From a virus (Duplodnaviria; Caudoviricetes): DNA of 64,000 bases. The stretch's first letter is position 1, and each line of letters opens with the position of its first letter. A program made the translations under genes and the position numbers. Location of the stretch: IMG/VR virus record IMGVR_UViG_2775507244_000004; one strand, written 5' to 3'. Below the pieces are notes generated by a model. The model was given only the letters and a program-made list of their open reading frames with translations, ran no database searches and was not told the origin of the DNA. This document shows, one piece after another, positions 46,505-56,900 of this stretch.

Positions 46505-46860
46505 CGACGCGGCGTCTCGTTTGGGTCGATTCCGAGTTCGTCGAACAGGTCTTGCGTCGCATCGTACAGCTTCCGACAACTCGCCGAGATCATGGCGGCG
46601 CCGCTTTGGCTACGGGTGTCGCCAGCCTTTTTGAGCGTGCACTCGGCGCCTGAGTCGTAGGCGAAGAAGCCGCGCCCTGAGCCTTGCTTGACGGCCTGGA
46701 TGCCGCCAGGGAACTTCGACAGGCACACCTGATGGGCGGCGTAGGCCGCGGGGTCATTCTGGACCCCCGGCACCACATCGAGGATGCACTCGGCGTAGTT
46801 GCCAGCCAACGCTAGGGAGGGAAACGTGGCGAGCACGACGAGAGCGGTCGCGGGCTTCAT
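46501..46860 (-). CDS. Exported four-cysteine protein (VF_A0006-like)
   Basis: Signal peptide ending ALA; NYAECIL...VCL...AECTL...SCRKLY. Confidence 0.75.
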   Translation of the reverse strand: MKPATALVVLATFPSLALAGNYAECILDVVPGVQNDPAAYAAHQVCLSKFPGGIQAVKQGSGRGFFAYDSGAECTLKKAGDTRSQSGAAMISASCRKLYDATQDLFDELGIDPNETPRR

Positions 46861-47363
46861 GGTTTCTGCTTGCGCTTGACGTGCTTTCGCAACGTCGTCC
46901 TCTTGAGCAGTGCGCGCGGACGAACACGCGGGGCTCTGCGCTGGCGCTCTTCAGCGTCCTCGATCAAGTGACGAATGAGCGCCAGTGGATCCGATCGGTA
47001 AGGGGTGCCCGAAGGAAGTTCGCGCCTGATGATCTTGATTGTCCTCTCGGCATCGGCTGCCGCCTTGGTGAGGCGTCCTTGCGTCTGCCGAAGGTCGTCG
47101 ATGATCTCGGCAAGCGGGAGCGCGAGCTTCTCGGCAGGTGTTGCGGCCAGCTTGGCCGCGATCTCGTCAATGATGCTCGGAGCGTCGCCAATCTTCCCCA
47201 TCATCTTCACCGACGAAAAGCCGGGCTGCTCAAGGCTTGCCGCGAGGCGAGCGATGATCTCGGCGTTCAGGCTTTTGCTGGTCGAATCAGCTTCTGCTGC
47301 CAGGGCAGCATGCAAGTCCTTGGGGATGCGCAGCGTAATGCGCGTGTACCGATCATCTTCCAT
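46857..47363 (-). CDS. Arc/Mnt-family ribbon-helix-helix regulator
   Basis: TRITLRIPKDLHAALAAEADSTSKSLNAEIIARL. Confidence 0.85.
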   Translation of the reverse strand: MEDDRYTRITLRIPKDLHAALAAEADSTSKSLNAEIIARLAASLEQPGFSSVKMMGKIGDAPSIIDEIAAKLAATPAEKLALPLAEIIDDLRQTQGRLTKAAADAERTIKIIRRELPSGTPYRSDPLALIRHLIEDAEERQRRAPRVRPRALLKRTTLRKHVKRKQKP

Positions 47364-47370
47364 GGTGCGA

Positions 47371-47451
47371 TTACACCATTTTCGTGTCAGGAAGTCTTGA
47401 CACCAAAACAGTGCGACCTATACTGAAGACGTGACACAGAAACAGTGTCAC
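47371..47451. promoter_or_regulatory. Pant-like promoter with three TGACAC-N7-GTGTCA-type operators
   Basis: TTGACA-16-TATACT (47397-47424); sites at 47371, 47398, 47432. Confidence 0.7.
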
Positions 47452-47479
47452 TAATCTAATGGTGATATAGGGGCGTGAA

Positions 47480-47638
47480 ATGGAAGAGAAACAAAACATG
47501 GCATCGATGATGCTGCGCTTGCCGGCTCCGCTGAAGGAGTGGGTCAAGAGTCGCGCCGAGAAGGCTGATCGCAGTATGAACTGGATGGTCGTCAAGCTCT
47601 TGGAGCAGGCAAGGAAAGAAGAGGAGGCGCGGCAATGA
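47480..47638 (+). CDS. Arc-like repressor (52 aa, absent from ORF track)
   Basis: MMLRLPAPLKEWVKSRAEKADRSMNWMVVKLLE; stop overlaps antirepressor start. Confidence 0.8.
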   Translation: MEEKQNMASMMLRLPAPLKEWVKSRAEKADRSMNWMVVKLLEQARKEEEARQ

Positions 47639-48369
47639 ACATCACCCCCTTCAACTTCAATGGAGCACCCATCCGCGTTATCACGGACGACAACGGAGAG
47701 CCGTGGTTCATTGCAATGGAAGTGGCAGATATCCTCGACTACTCGGACGCCCACAAGATGTGCGTGCGGCTGGATGATGATGAAAAGCAAAACCGCCAAA
47801 TCGGCGGTTTCGGAAATCGAGGCGTGACCATCATCAACGAGTCCGGCCTTTACTCCGCCATCCTCGGCAGCAGCAAGCAGGAAGCGAAGCCGTTCAAGCG
47901 CTGGGTCACGCACGAAGTCTTGCCCGCCATCCGCAAGACGGGTAGCTATACCGCGATGAATCCACCGCCTTCTTCTGGCCTCCCGCAGTACCGCAAGGCG
48001 CGCGCCTTGGACATGGCATCGAAGGTGGCCGAGCGGATCTGCGCCCAGTTTCCGAGCCTGAGCGAACCATCCCGTCAAGTGATTTTCGCCAAGCTCATCA
48101 ACCCTGTGGCCGGCGACGAAGTAATCACCCTTCCTGTACTGGCCGAACGGCACTACACCGCTAGCGAAGTCGGCGAGCGCCTCGGCATCTCCGCCAATGC
48201 GGTCGGGCGGTTGGCGAATCAGCATGGAGTTAAGACCACGGAGCACGGGGAGTTCCGCCTGGACAAATCACCGTACTCCTCGAAACAGGTCGAGAGCTTT
48301 CATTACAACGAGCGCGGCGTTGCGAGGCTGACCGAGTTGCTCAATCCCCCGAGCGGAGGTGCGCAATGA
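47635..48369 (+). CDS. BRO-N domain antirepressor
   Basis: GEPWFIAMEVADILDY...INESGLYSAILGSSKQEAKPFKRWVTHEVLPAIRKTGSY. Confidence 0.92.
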   Translation: MNITPFNFNGAPIRVITDDNGEPWFIAMEVADILDYSDAHKMCVRLDDDEKQNRQIGGFGNRGVTIINESGLYSAILGSSKQEAKPFKRWVTHEVLPAIRKTGSYTAMNPPPSSGLPQYRKARALDMASKVAERICAQFPSLSEPSRQVIFAKLINPVAGDEVITLPVLAERHYTASEVGERLGISANAVGRLANQHGVKTTEHGEFRLDKSPYSSKQVESFHYNERGVARLTELLNPPSGGAQ

Positions 48370-48650
48370 GCAACCTGTACGACTTTGCGGGCGCGCCGCT
48401 GATCCGCCGAACGGTGAAAGGACTCAAGCTCGACGCTGCTGCACTTCCGGCAGATGTGAAGGATCGGCTGGTATGGGCAGCCATAGAGGTTGCGATTGCC
48501 TATGGCAGCTGCGACATCGAGGCATCGCACGAGTACGCAGGCGAGGCGCTTGAGCGGCTGTCCGACGCGATGAAAGGGGCCGAGTGCTATGGCGTCCCTT
48601 GCGAAACTGAGGACTTCTTCCCGATGAGGGATGGAGACCCGGACGCATGA
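48366..48650 (+). CDS. Hypothetical protein
   Basis: GGAGG RBS, ATGA coupling to antirepressor. Confidence 0.65.
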   Translation: MSNLYDFAGAPLIRRTVKGLKLDAAALPADVKDRLVWAAIEVAIAYGSCDIEASHEYAGEALERLSDAMKGAECYGVPCETEDFFPMRDGDPDA

Positions 48651-48818
48651 GCGCTATCACATCGTGCGCTATCTGCAAGCCCCAAAAAGTTGCTTTCGGC
48701 CCTCTTGCACTGTCGGAGACTTGTGAGAATCTGAGTTCGGCAGCACAAAAAGGAAGCGCCCCAGCGACTGCCATCGCTGAGGCGCGGATTGCGAAACCCT
48801 CTGAACAAAGGAATTCAC

Positions 48819-49166
48819 ATGGATACGTATAGCGCAGAAGGCCCCATTGCGCAACAGATCGAGATCACCATGCCGGCTGGCGTCCGAGCGGTGTTGGTGT
48901 CCCTGAATGACGACAGCAGCTTCCGGCAGACACCGGTGCAGTACGGGAAGTCAGTTCTGAACATCCGCGAAGACCTGATGGACCACCTGAACGCGAGTCC
49001 GTATTCGGACGAGTGGCTCACCAGCCTGCGCGACTTCTTGAACGCGAAGCTCGAGGCGCGTGGCGTTGCGAGAAGGGTCGGTGGCCTCAGCATCCCGCAC
49101 CCTGACGGGCGCGGCTTTGCGGTGACGACGGATTACAAGCTGATGCAGGACGTAGTCGTCCTCTGA
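48819..49166 (+). CDS. Hypothetical protein
   Basis: AAGGA RBS, followed by terminator. Confidence 0.65.
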   Translation: MDTYSAEGPIAQQIEITMPAGVRAVLVSLNDDSSFRQTPVQYGKSVLNIREDLMDHLNASPYSDEWLTSLRDFLNAKLEARGVARRVGGLSIPHPDGRGFAVTTDYKLMQDVVVL

Positions 49167-49179
49167 TTCGAGAAATAGT

Positions 49180-49201
49180 AACGCCCCGTAAGGGGCGTTT
49201 T
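49180..49201. terminator. Terminator between convergent genes
   Basis: AACGCCCC-GTAA-GGGGCGTT then TT. Confidence 0.75.
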
Positions 49202-49244
49202 GCACCTTCAGCCACCTAGCTGATCTCTGCAAACGGCGGAGCCA

Positions 49245-49490
49245 TTAACGAGAGATCCGAATGCCGCCGCCTCTCGAAGTGGAAGAAATTGCCTTAATGT
49301 TGCTTGCATTAATCTGCAAGGGGAGTGCATCCCGACTTCCGAACACATTCACTGGCGGTATGTCGTAGACTCGGCGGTGAATAGCGCCAGATGCAACTAG
49401 GTCTTCAAACTGCTTTAGCATATCAATAGGAATGTTCATATGGGGCTCTTGTTCTTTGAGCATCGCTTCAATTTGCTCAACAACCGACAT
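49245..49490 (-). CDS. Small AT-rich partner protein of SDH protease
   Basis: GGAGG RBS, starts 13 nt after protease stop. Confidence 0.6.
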   Translation of the reverse strand: MSVVEQIEAMLKEQEPHMNIPIDMLKQFEDLVASGAIHRRVYDIPPVNVFGSRDALPLQINASNIKAISSTSRGGGIRISR

Positions 49491-49503
49491 AACTGACCTC
49501 CAT

Positions 49504-50373
49504 TTAGTTAATCCCGCGCCCATCTACGAATAGCGCCCAGTTTTGCCGTTGAACGTAATCTGCAATCACATCATGGTAGCTGTTCACAATTTCACGAAGA
49601 TTGCGGTCGTCAGTGAAGTCTTCGATCTCAAGACGTAGTTTGGTTTGAAGGGTTTCTATCCCAATCATGCGTCCGTGTGAATGCCAAATTCCGTTGTCGC
49701 CTAGTTGTCTAGCGATTTCTTCCGCCCGCTCTTGCTTCTCCTCATGAGTTACCTCCTGCCCCATTCTATTGACGCACGTCCGATGATGAGTCCAACTCTT
49801 GAACTTGTACTGAACTAACCATTGCTTTAATAGTGAAACTGACAAATCTCTCGACTGTTCATAGCGCCTCAACAAGGCCAAGTCTTGGTTTTGAGCAATT
49901 GCAAACTCAACTGAAGAAAGCTCGTTGCGTTTTGATTTGTCGACAAATTCTGAGAACTTATCTAAATATCCAAGAGCTGGAACCCAGGTTCCATCTTTCG
50001 ATTGAACCTGCGGGTCGATTGGTCCAAGTGCAGACGAGTAATCCATAAAAATCTTCTCGCCTGACATGCAAAAAATAGTTCCTGCAGACATAGCCATGTT
50101 TGGGACCAGAAAGTACACCTCTTGGTAGTACCTTCTGATCATCTCAACCATTCGCTCGACAGCTTCGACATGGCCACCTGGTGTGTTTAGAACAACAACC
50201 AAGCGATTCGTTCTGCGTTTGTCTGCAACCGTTTCGAGCTTGGCCCGAAACCAAGGCAGCCAACCTACTGCAATCTCACCGTAGTACGCGAAAATGTCGC
50301 CTTCGAAATGGCGCTCCAATTTCTCACGACGTTCGCGTAGAACGAGATTGATCGCGTCATCTAAGTGGCTCAT
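49504..50373 (-). CDS. SDH-family ClpP-fold serine protease
   Basis: LNTPGG, AMSAGTIF, SALGPIDPQ, WHSHGRMI. Confidence 0.88.
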   Translation of the reverse strand: MSHLDDAINLVLRERREKLERHFEGDIFAYYGEIAVGWLPWFRAKLETVADKRRTNRLVVVLNTPGGHVEAVERMVEMIRRYYQEVYFLVPNMAMSAGTIFCMSGEKIFMDYSSALGPIDPQVQSKDGTWVPALGYLDKFSEFVDKSKRNELSSVEFAIAQNQDLALLRRYEQSRDLSVSLLKQWLVQYKFKSWTHHRTCVNRMGQEVTHEEKQERAEEIARQLGDNGIWHSHGRMIGIETLQTKLRLEIEDFTDDRNLREIVNSYHDVIADYVQRQNWALFVDGRGIN

Positions 50374-50584
50374 CGCTTCTCTAAAGTTATCAACAGGATA
50401 TCAACAGTTTTATACACAGAGGTCATGAACAGTTTAGCTTACTATTGACAGGCAAGAAAACATCTCTTTCGAACTTGCCGCGGGCGTCGTCCGGCTCAGG
50501 CTCACCCTTTCCCTGCAACTGCAAACCGCCATGGGCTACAAGGCACCTTGACAAGCCTTCGGGCCGTTTCTGCGGCCCCTTCGC

Positions 50585-50625
50585 CCCTTGTAGGGCTGGA
50601 GCCCCCTCGAAGGCACGCCGACACT
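50585..50625 (+). promoter_or_regulatory. Late promoter motif copy 5
   Basis: CCCTTGTAGGGCTGGA-19nt-GACACT before giant gene. Confidence 0.75.
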
Positions 50626-52346
50626 CCGGGCACATAGTGCTTGGAGTGCGAGATGGCGGATCTTTTCGACGAACTGCAGATCGACTCGGCTGGCAGTGAT
50701 GGCCCGAGGCAGGCAAACGCAGATCTGTTCGATGAACTCGGTATCCAACCGCCAAAGAACAAGGGCATCTCCGGTCACGCTCGAGACCTTGGCCTTTCCG
50801 CTCTGAAGGGCGCAATCGCCGTTCCCGAGGCGATCGTCGGCCTTGCCGATATTCCCACTGGCGGCCGCGTCGGAAAGTTCCTGGAGAACGAAGGTGGCTC
50901 TTTCGGCTTCCGCCCGAAGGAGGCCAAGGAGATCCTTTCCGACCTCCACACCGACCAGTTCAAGGAGCAGCAGCGCCAGTTCCAAGAGGCTGACGGCGTG
51001 CTGGACAAGACGTCCGTTGCCCTCCAGAACCCGTCGTTGATCGCCAGCGCCGTTACCGAGTCCATCGCTCCGATGCTTGCCGGCGGCGTCGCTGCGCGTG
51101 GGGTGATGGGCGCGACGAGGCTGGGCCAGATGGGCGCCAAGGGCGCCGCGGCTGCTGGTGCAATCGGGGAAGGAACGATGATGGCCGGCTCACAGGCCGA
51201 GGCCATCCGGCAGGAAACAGACGACGGTCTGCTGACGCCGACGCAGGCCGGCGCCGCCGTGGCTACCGGCGCGCTCGGTACGCTGTTCGGCTACCTCGGG
51301 GGCCGTGTTGCACAGCGCTTTGGCCTGGGCGACGTCGACACCATGATCGCCCAAGGCGCCAAGCCGCAGGCAGTTGCCGGCGAGATTGCCAAGCTGCCGG
51401 CCAAGAGCATCCCGCGTCAGGTGGTGGAGGGCGCAATCTCCGAGGGCTTCCTCGAAGAACTGCCGCAGTCGATCTCCGAGCAGATCATCCAGAACCTGGC
51501 GCTCGACAAGCCGTGGAGCGAAGGCGTCGAAGATGCGGCCGTGATGGGCACGCTCGCGGGAATGGCGATGGGCGGTGGTGCGTCGCTCTACAGCGGCATG
51601 ACGCGCCCAGCGCAGCAGGCAGATGGGGCGCCGCCGGCAGCCGGCAACGAGCCGCCCGCTTCGCCGCAAGGCTTCACTCCGACCGCCGAGCGTCCGGTCA
51701 TCGACGAAGCCGCGCTTGGCCGTGCCGGCGTATTCCCGCCTGCACCCGCGCCGATCATCAACGAGCGCGCGCTGGAGACTGTCACCCCGTCGCAACAGAT
51801 GGGCCTCGACCCGGCTGCCGGCCCCATGTCAGCCGCCGCTGCGCTGGCCGTCGATACCGGCGCTTCCGCGACCATGCAGCAAGCGGCGCAGGCCGTTGAT
51901 CCAGAAACCGGCGAGATCCTTCGGGCCGGCGCGAAGGTGGCCGAGCAGAAGCAGGCGATCGACACGCCGGAGCAGATGCGCGAGCGCCTTGCCTTCATCG
52001 AGCAGCAAGCCCGCACCAATGGCGGATGGGATCGCCGCGCGATCGAAGAGCGCGATCGGCTTCAGGCAGAGCTTGCAAAGGTTGAGCCGGTCGCCGATCA
52101 AAACACGATCAAGAGCGATCCCCTTGCTGCCGCTGGCGTAGAGCCGGCCGCGCAGGCTTCGGATCAAAACCAGACAGCCGCAGACGAGACCCCGTCCGCA
52201 GAGCAGTTCGACGTTTCCGGCCGTACGTCGGAGCAGTTGCAATACCTCTCGGCAAGCGGTCAGCCTGGATGGAAAGAAGCCGCGACGGCCGAGATCCAGC
52301 GTCGAGACGCGCAGCAACCGGCCGCAACCCCGGCTCCTTCCGCTGA

Positions 52347-53983
52347 GAAGGCGTGAATAAATTGCCGACGCTCGCGGCGAGCGCAATGCGAAGAGCGCGT
52401 AGGCCGAGGACCGCTTTGTCGGCGTAAGCCGCCGACGGGCCGAAGCTACCGGCGGTGCGGCCGTTTGATCAGATGGGAGCCGGCGGTGCTGCGTGGCGCA
52501 GAGCCTTTTTGGGCGGCGCCGTCGGCGTTGTTTAGTGGGCTGCTGCGGCCTCCAGGGCCGCCACCCGCATCAGGTTATGGGCAAGCGCATGCCAGAGCAG
52601 GATGGCGCGTGCCTTGACGGTGCCGCAGACATTGAACCGGTGCAGCCCGCGACGGCGCAACTGGGCATTGGCACATTCGACGCTGGCCGCGCGCGCCTTG
52701 TAGATTTCGGCAGCGTCCGCGGTGCCCATGCGGGCCCGCCACCGGGCGACGGCCGCGCTGTCACCGTCCTTGGGCAGGTGCGGGTCGATGGTTGGGTTGC
52801 GGCTGGCGGGCACCGGCACGTAGGGCTCGGTGCCCGCGGCGCTGAGCGCCGTGATGTGCTCGAGCTTGGCGAAGCCGCCGTCGGCCAGCCACTGGGCGGG
52901 CGTGCGGCCATAGCGGTTGCGCAGTTGGGTGTGCATCGGCGCCATCTGCTGCATGTCGGTACCGGCATTGGTCAGCTCGAGCGCGGCGATGATCTGGGTA
53001 TCGGCATCGACGGCGAGTTGCGCATTGAAGGCGGGGCGAAAGCCGCCGTCGGCCATCTTCATCACCCGCGCCTGGCTGTCGGTGGTGCTCACGCGCGGCG
53101 CGCTGCCCGGCGGCTCGTCGTCGGGCGGCGGTGCGGCCTTGCGTTTGTCAGTCCGTCCCTTCTTCGTCTGGACCTTGTCGAGCTCGTCCAGGGTCGCCAA
53201 TGCCCGGGCCAGGCGCTGCTCGCGCTCGCGCGCGGCCCGTTCCCGGGCGGCCTGCTGGCGGCGGCTGCTCGCCGCCGGATCGTCATGCAGTTCCTGCTTG
53301 AGCCGCTCGACCTGCGCACGCGCCTCTGCCAGCAGGCGGGCGAGCCGGTCGCGGCGGCGGAAGCTGGCCGCTTTGGCATGGGCGCGCACCCGCATGCCGT
53401 CCTGGGCGACGCGGTTGAGCTGAACCAACCCCCGATCGAGTAAGGCCGCTACGCTGCGCGTGAGCTGTGCGTCGAGCCAGGCGGCGTGCTCGGTGCGAAA
53501 GTCGGCCAGACTGTGATAATTGACCCCGACGCCCCCGCACAGCCAGCGGTAGGCATCGTCGCGCTCGCACAGCCGGTTCAGTTCGCGCGCCGAACCCACA
53601 CCATCGATCGTCGCGTACAGCCACAGCCCCACCAGGATTGCCGGATCGATCGCCGCCCGGCCCGCGCGGCCTTCCACGGCCTTGATGCGCGCATACAGCG
53701 GCGCCAGGTCGAGCGATTGCACGAAGGCCCACACGGTGCGCGCGGCATGCCCGGGGGCAAGCAATGCATCCAGGTCGCAGGCGCGCAACTCGATCTGGTT
53801 GCGCTGCGCCGTCTGCACGCGCGGGCGTCCCTGGGGCGCATCGGCAGGTGCCGCCGCGCCTTCAGCCGGGACCGGCAAGTCGTCAAACAACGCAGCGCTA
53901 CGCTGCCCCTCGGTCGGCGAATTCGGCTCGGGCTTCATGGCCTGAACGATATCCGATCTCAGCCGAGATTGATTCACACGTTC
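52347..53983 (-). mobile_element. IS1182-family insertion sequence
   Basis: Imperfect terminal IR GAAGGCGTGAATAAA / GAACGTGTGAATCAA; flanking duplication within CTGAGA; exact ends uncertain by 1-2 nt. Confidence 0.85.
52532..53977 (-). CDS. IS1182-family DDE transposase (start may be 53938)
   Basis: GRAAIDPAILVGLWLYA...SARELNRLCERDDAYRWLCGG...DFR; QDG, STTDSQARVM, LADGGF, YKARAASVE. Confidence 0.9.
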   Translation of the reverse strand: MNQSRLRSDIVQAMKPEPNSPTEGQRSAALFDDLPVPAEGAAAPADAPQGRPRVQTAQRNQIELRACDLDALLAPGHAARTVWAFVQSLDLAPLYARIKAVEGRAGRAAIDPAILVGLWLYATIDGVGSARELNRLCERDDAYRWLCGGVGVNYHSLADFRTEHAAWLDAQLTRSVAALLDRGLVQLNRVAQDGMRVRAHAKAASFRRRDRLARLLAEARAQVERLKQELHDDPAASSRRQQAARERAAREREQRLARALATLDELDKVQTKKGRTDKRKAAPPPDDEPPGSAPRVSTTDSQARVMKMADGGFRPAFNAQLAVDADTQIIAALELTNAGTDMQQMAPMHTQLRNRYGRTPAQWLADGGFAKLEHITALSAAGTEPYVPVPASRNPTIDPHLPKDGDSAAVARWRARMGTADAAEIYKARAASVECANAQLRRRGLHRFNVCGTVKARAILLWHALAHNLMRVAALEAAAAH

Positions 53984-56900
53984 TGAGACTGCGCAGCCGG
54001 TCCTTGTCGAGCAGCCGACGCCGGCCGTCGCACAGCAAGCCGAAGCCTCCGCTCCGACTGCCGCCCCCGTCGCAGACGACCTCCGCCGTCAGTTGCAGGA
54101 AGTAGAGAGCAAGATCCTCGCTGCCGCGCCTGACGCCATGGGCGCAGGAGGTGGCGACATCCAAACGGCAATGAAGAGCCGCAAGGTTCCGGTGACGCTG
54201 AAGGCACAGCGCAAGCGCATCAAGGAGCAGCTGCAGCAGGCCAATGTGGCATTTGCCCAAGGGGTACAGTCCGTCGATGCGCCCGAACGTTTCGAAGTGG
54301 CTGCGCGAGCGCAAGAAGCGAGCGGACAGGAAGGCGAAAGGAGATTCGCCCCCGAAACCGGAACGCTCGGAATCCCCCGGGCAGAAATGCCGCAAGTGCC
54401 ATCCAAGTCCCATGGCGGACTGGTCAAGCACCTGAACGCCCAAGGCATCGCGCACGAAACGACGAGCGTCGATGCGGCATCGCTCAAACCGACGCAGGCC
54501 GAGTACTCGCCGGAGAAGGTCGAGGCCGCGAAGACTGCCGCAGGCGACAGGGCTGTGATCGTCTCCAGCGACGGCCATATCGTCGACGGGCACCATCAAG
54601 CCCTGGCCGCCGCCGAACAGGGGAAGCAGGTCAAGGCCATCGTGCTTGACGCGCCGATAGACCAGGCGCTGGAGGCGGTGAAGAACTCGCCGAGCGCTCA
54701 GGCTGCAACGCCCGCAACTAGCCCGCGTAGCGAATCGGCCCAGCCCGGTGCCGAGCAGCCCGAAGTTCTTGAGTTCACGACGCTCAAGGACCGCGACGGC
54801 AACACCGTCACGGTGCGCACCGCCGACCTGTCGAGCGCCCGCGAACGCATGCCGATGTTCACGAAAGACGGCAAGCGCAAGGCGACGCATATCCACCGCG
54901 ACAACCTTGATCCCACCGGCGAGAAGCAAGCCGAGGGCGCGAAGGAGATCGCCGCCAATCCGCTTTTCAACGTCATCACCGCGAAGGACGGCAAGGCGTT
55001 TGCCATCAAGGCCGCAGCCTCGCGCGAACTCAACGCGCGCGGACTGGCTGAGACGCACGAGGTTGTGCCGGCTGGAGCCGTGCAGGCCGGGATGAAGGGC
55101 TACGTGGTGCGCAAGAAGGCCGACGTTTCGAGAACTGCCGATGCAGCGCAGGGCCCGAGCGCAGCGCTTCCGGACTTCAGTGTCTTCTACAACGACGAGA
55201 ACGGCGTCAGGTGGGGCATCCCGTATGCCATGCGCCAAGGCCAGCAGCCGAAGGACATCAAGCCCGAGTTCAGAGGCGACTGGGTCCGCCTGAGCGGGGC
55301 AAAGTGGTCAGGAAACCGGGATCTGATGCCTGCTGAGCAGCAGGCAATGAGCGAACGTCTGCAGCCCGGCGAGTGGGTTGATGTTGCTCAGCCGGCCGCT
55401 GCGGTGACGGAGGGCGACACGCAGACGGCAGAGGGCGGGAATGGAGCAACAGGAGATCAGGACGCCCGTCAGCCCGAAGCGTTCGTTTCAGCTCCAGACG
55501 GCTCCATCGACTTCGGTGAGATCACGCCGGAGATGGCGCTGGCGATGCGCCGACAGGCGGGGAAGATTCGGCTTCAGCGAGGTGATGACAGCTTTGGCGA
55601 GCATCACATCGAGATCCGACATGGCGACGACATTCGACGCCTTGGATTCAACGATGTTGCCAGCTTTGTTGCTGACATCGCGCGCAACATCAATCAGTTG
55701 TGGCAGCCGGGGAAAACCGCTCAACTCGTCGCGATTCACGAGCTGGCAAACGATCGTGTGATGTTCGTTGAGTTGCGCGGAGCGCAGGACGAAGGCGGCG
55801 ACTATTACACCGTGCGGTCTGCCTTCCCTGCGCGGAAGGGCTTCATCAAGAACAAAGGGTGGAATCTGCTTTGGGAGGATGGCCGGGCCCAGCCATCAAC
55901 CAACGCCAGCTCGTCGGCCCCGTTTGCTGAACCGGCCCAGGATATTGCTGGGGGGCCGGCCACGATCCCATCGGGCCAAAGCAGTGATGAAACTGTAGCA
56001 CAACGGCCCGCTGCAGGAGACGTGCCTGATGTTCGCCGCTCGCCCGCCAGCCAGAACGCCCGCACTGCCGACGTCGAGTTCCCGCTGCAGGAGGCCCAAG
56101 CCAGCTACTCCGGCATCTCGCACAGCGGTACCAGTCGCGGCAAGGCTGACGCTGATGAATTCCATGCTTATATCGACGCGGCCCGCGACGCCGGCTTGGC
56201 TGTGGCCACCACTGCCGCGCAGAAGGCAGCCGTCGAGCAAGCAACCGCCGACCTCCGCGCCGAGTACCTGCGGCAGTACCGCCGCCTGATGAGCGTCCGC
56301 TCGGGCACCTACAGCGGCTATGTCGCGGGCCGCTCCGGCTTGAACAGCAAGCAGGCCGACAAACGCAACAGCGCCTATGACCGCGCTATCGACACCTTCG
56401 TCGCCTGGCAGAAGGCCAGCCAGGATAGCCCGCGTAAGGCCGCCATGGCTGCACGCACGCCAGAACAAATCCAGGCTGACCAGCAGGCCGCTGAATCGGC
56501 TCGCCAAGAGAAGGAGGGCCGCAAGGAGTCCCGCGATCGCAAGCTGATGGAGCGCATCCTGTCATGGAACAAGGGCGGCGAGCCGGTGGCCATCACCAAG
56601 ATCGCCAACCTGGCAGGCGTGAACTACGGGAAGGACGGATACCCGACCAGTATCAAGCTGGCGCCGACCGATGGCAGCACACTGACTGACGACAAGTTCG
56701 ACCTGGCCGCGCTGTTTCGCGAAAAGGGCATGAGCGTGCCTGACTCGAAGCGCCGAGTGCGCGAACTGGTGGATGCGGTGAGAGCCGAGTCTGCCGCCGA
56801 CGGCGAAGCCAGCCTTTCCGCTCAGCACGAGGCGCTGATGGCGTCCGTGCGCACCGGCAAGGCCACGCCCGAGGCGTTCAAGGCATCGTTCGACCAGGTT

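Noticed and set aside
18807-50625. Five-copy motif as CRISPR repeat, REP or att site
   Set aside because: Copies are kilobases apart, single, co-oriented and sit in promoter positions
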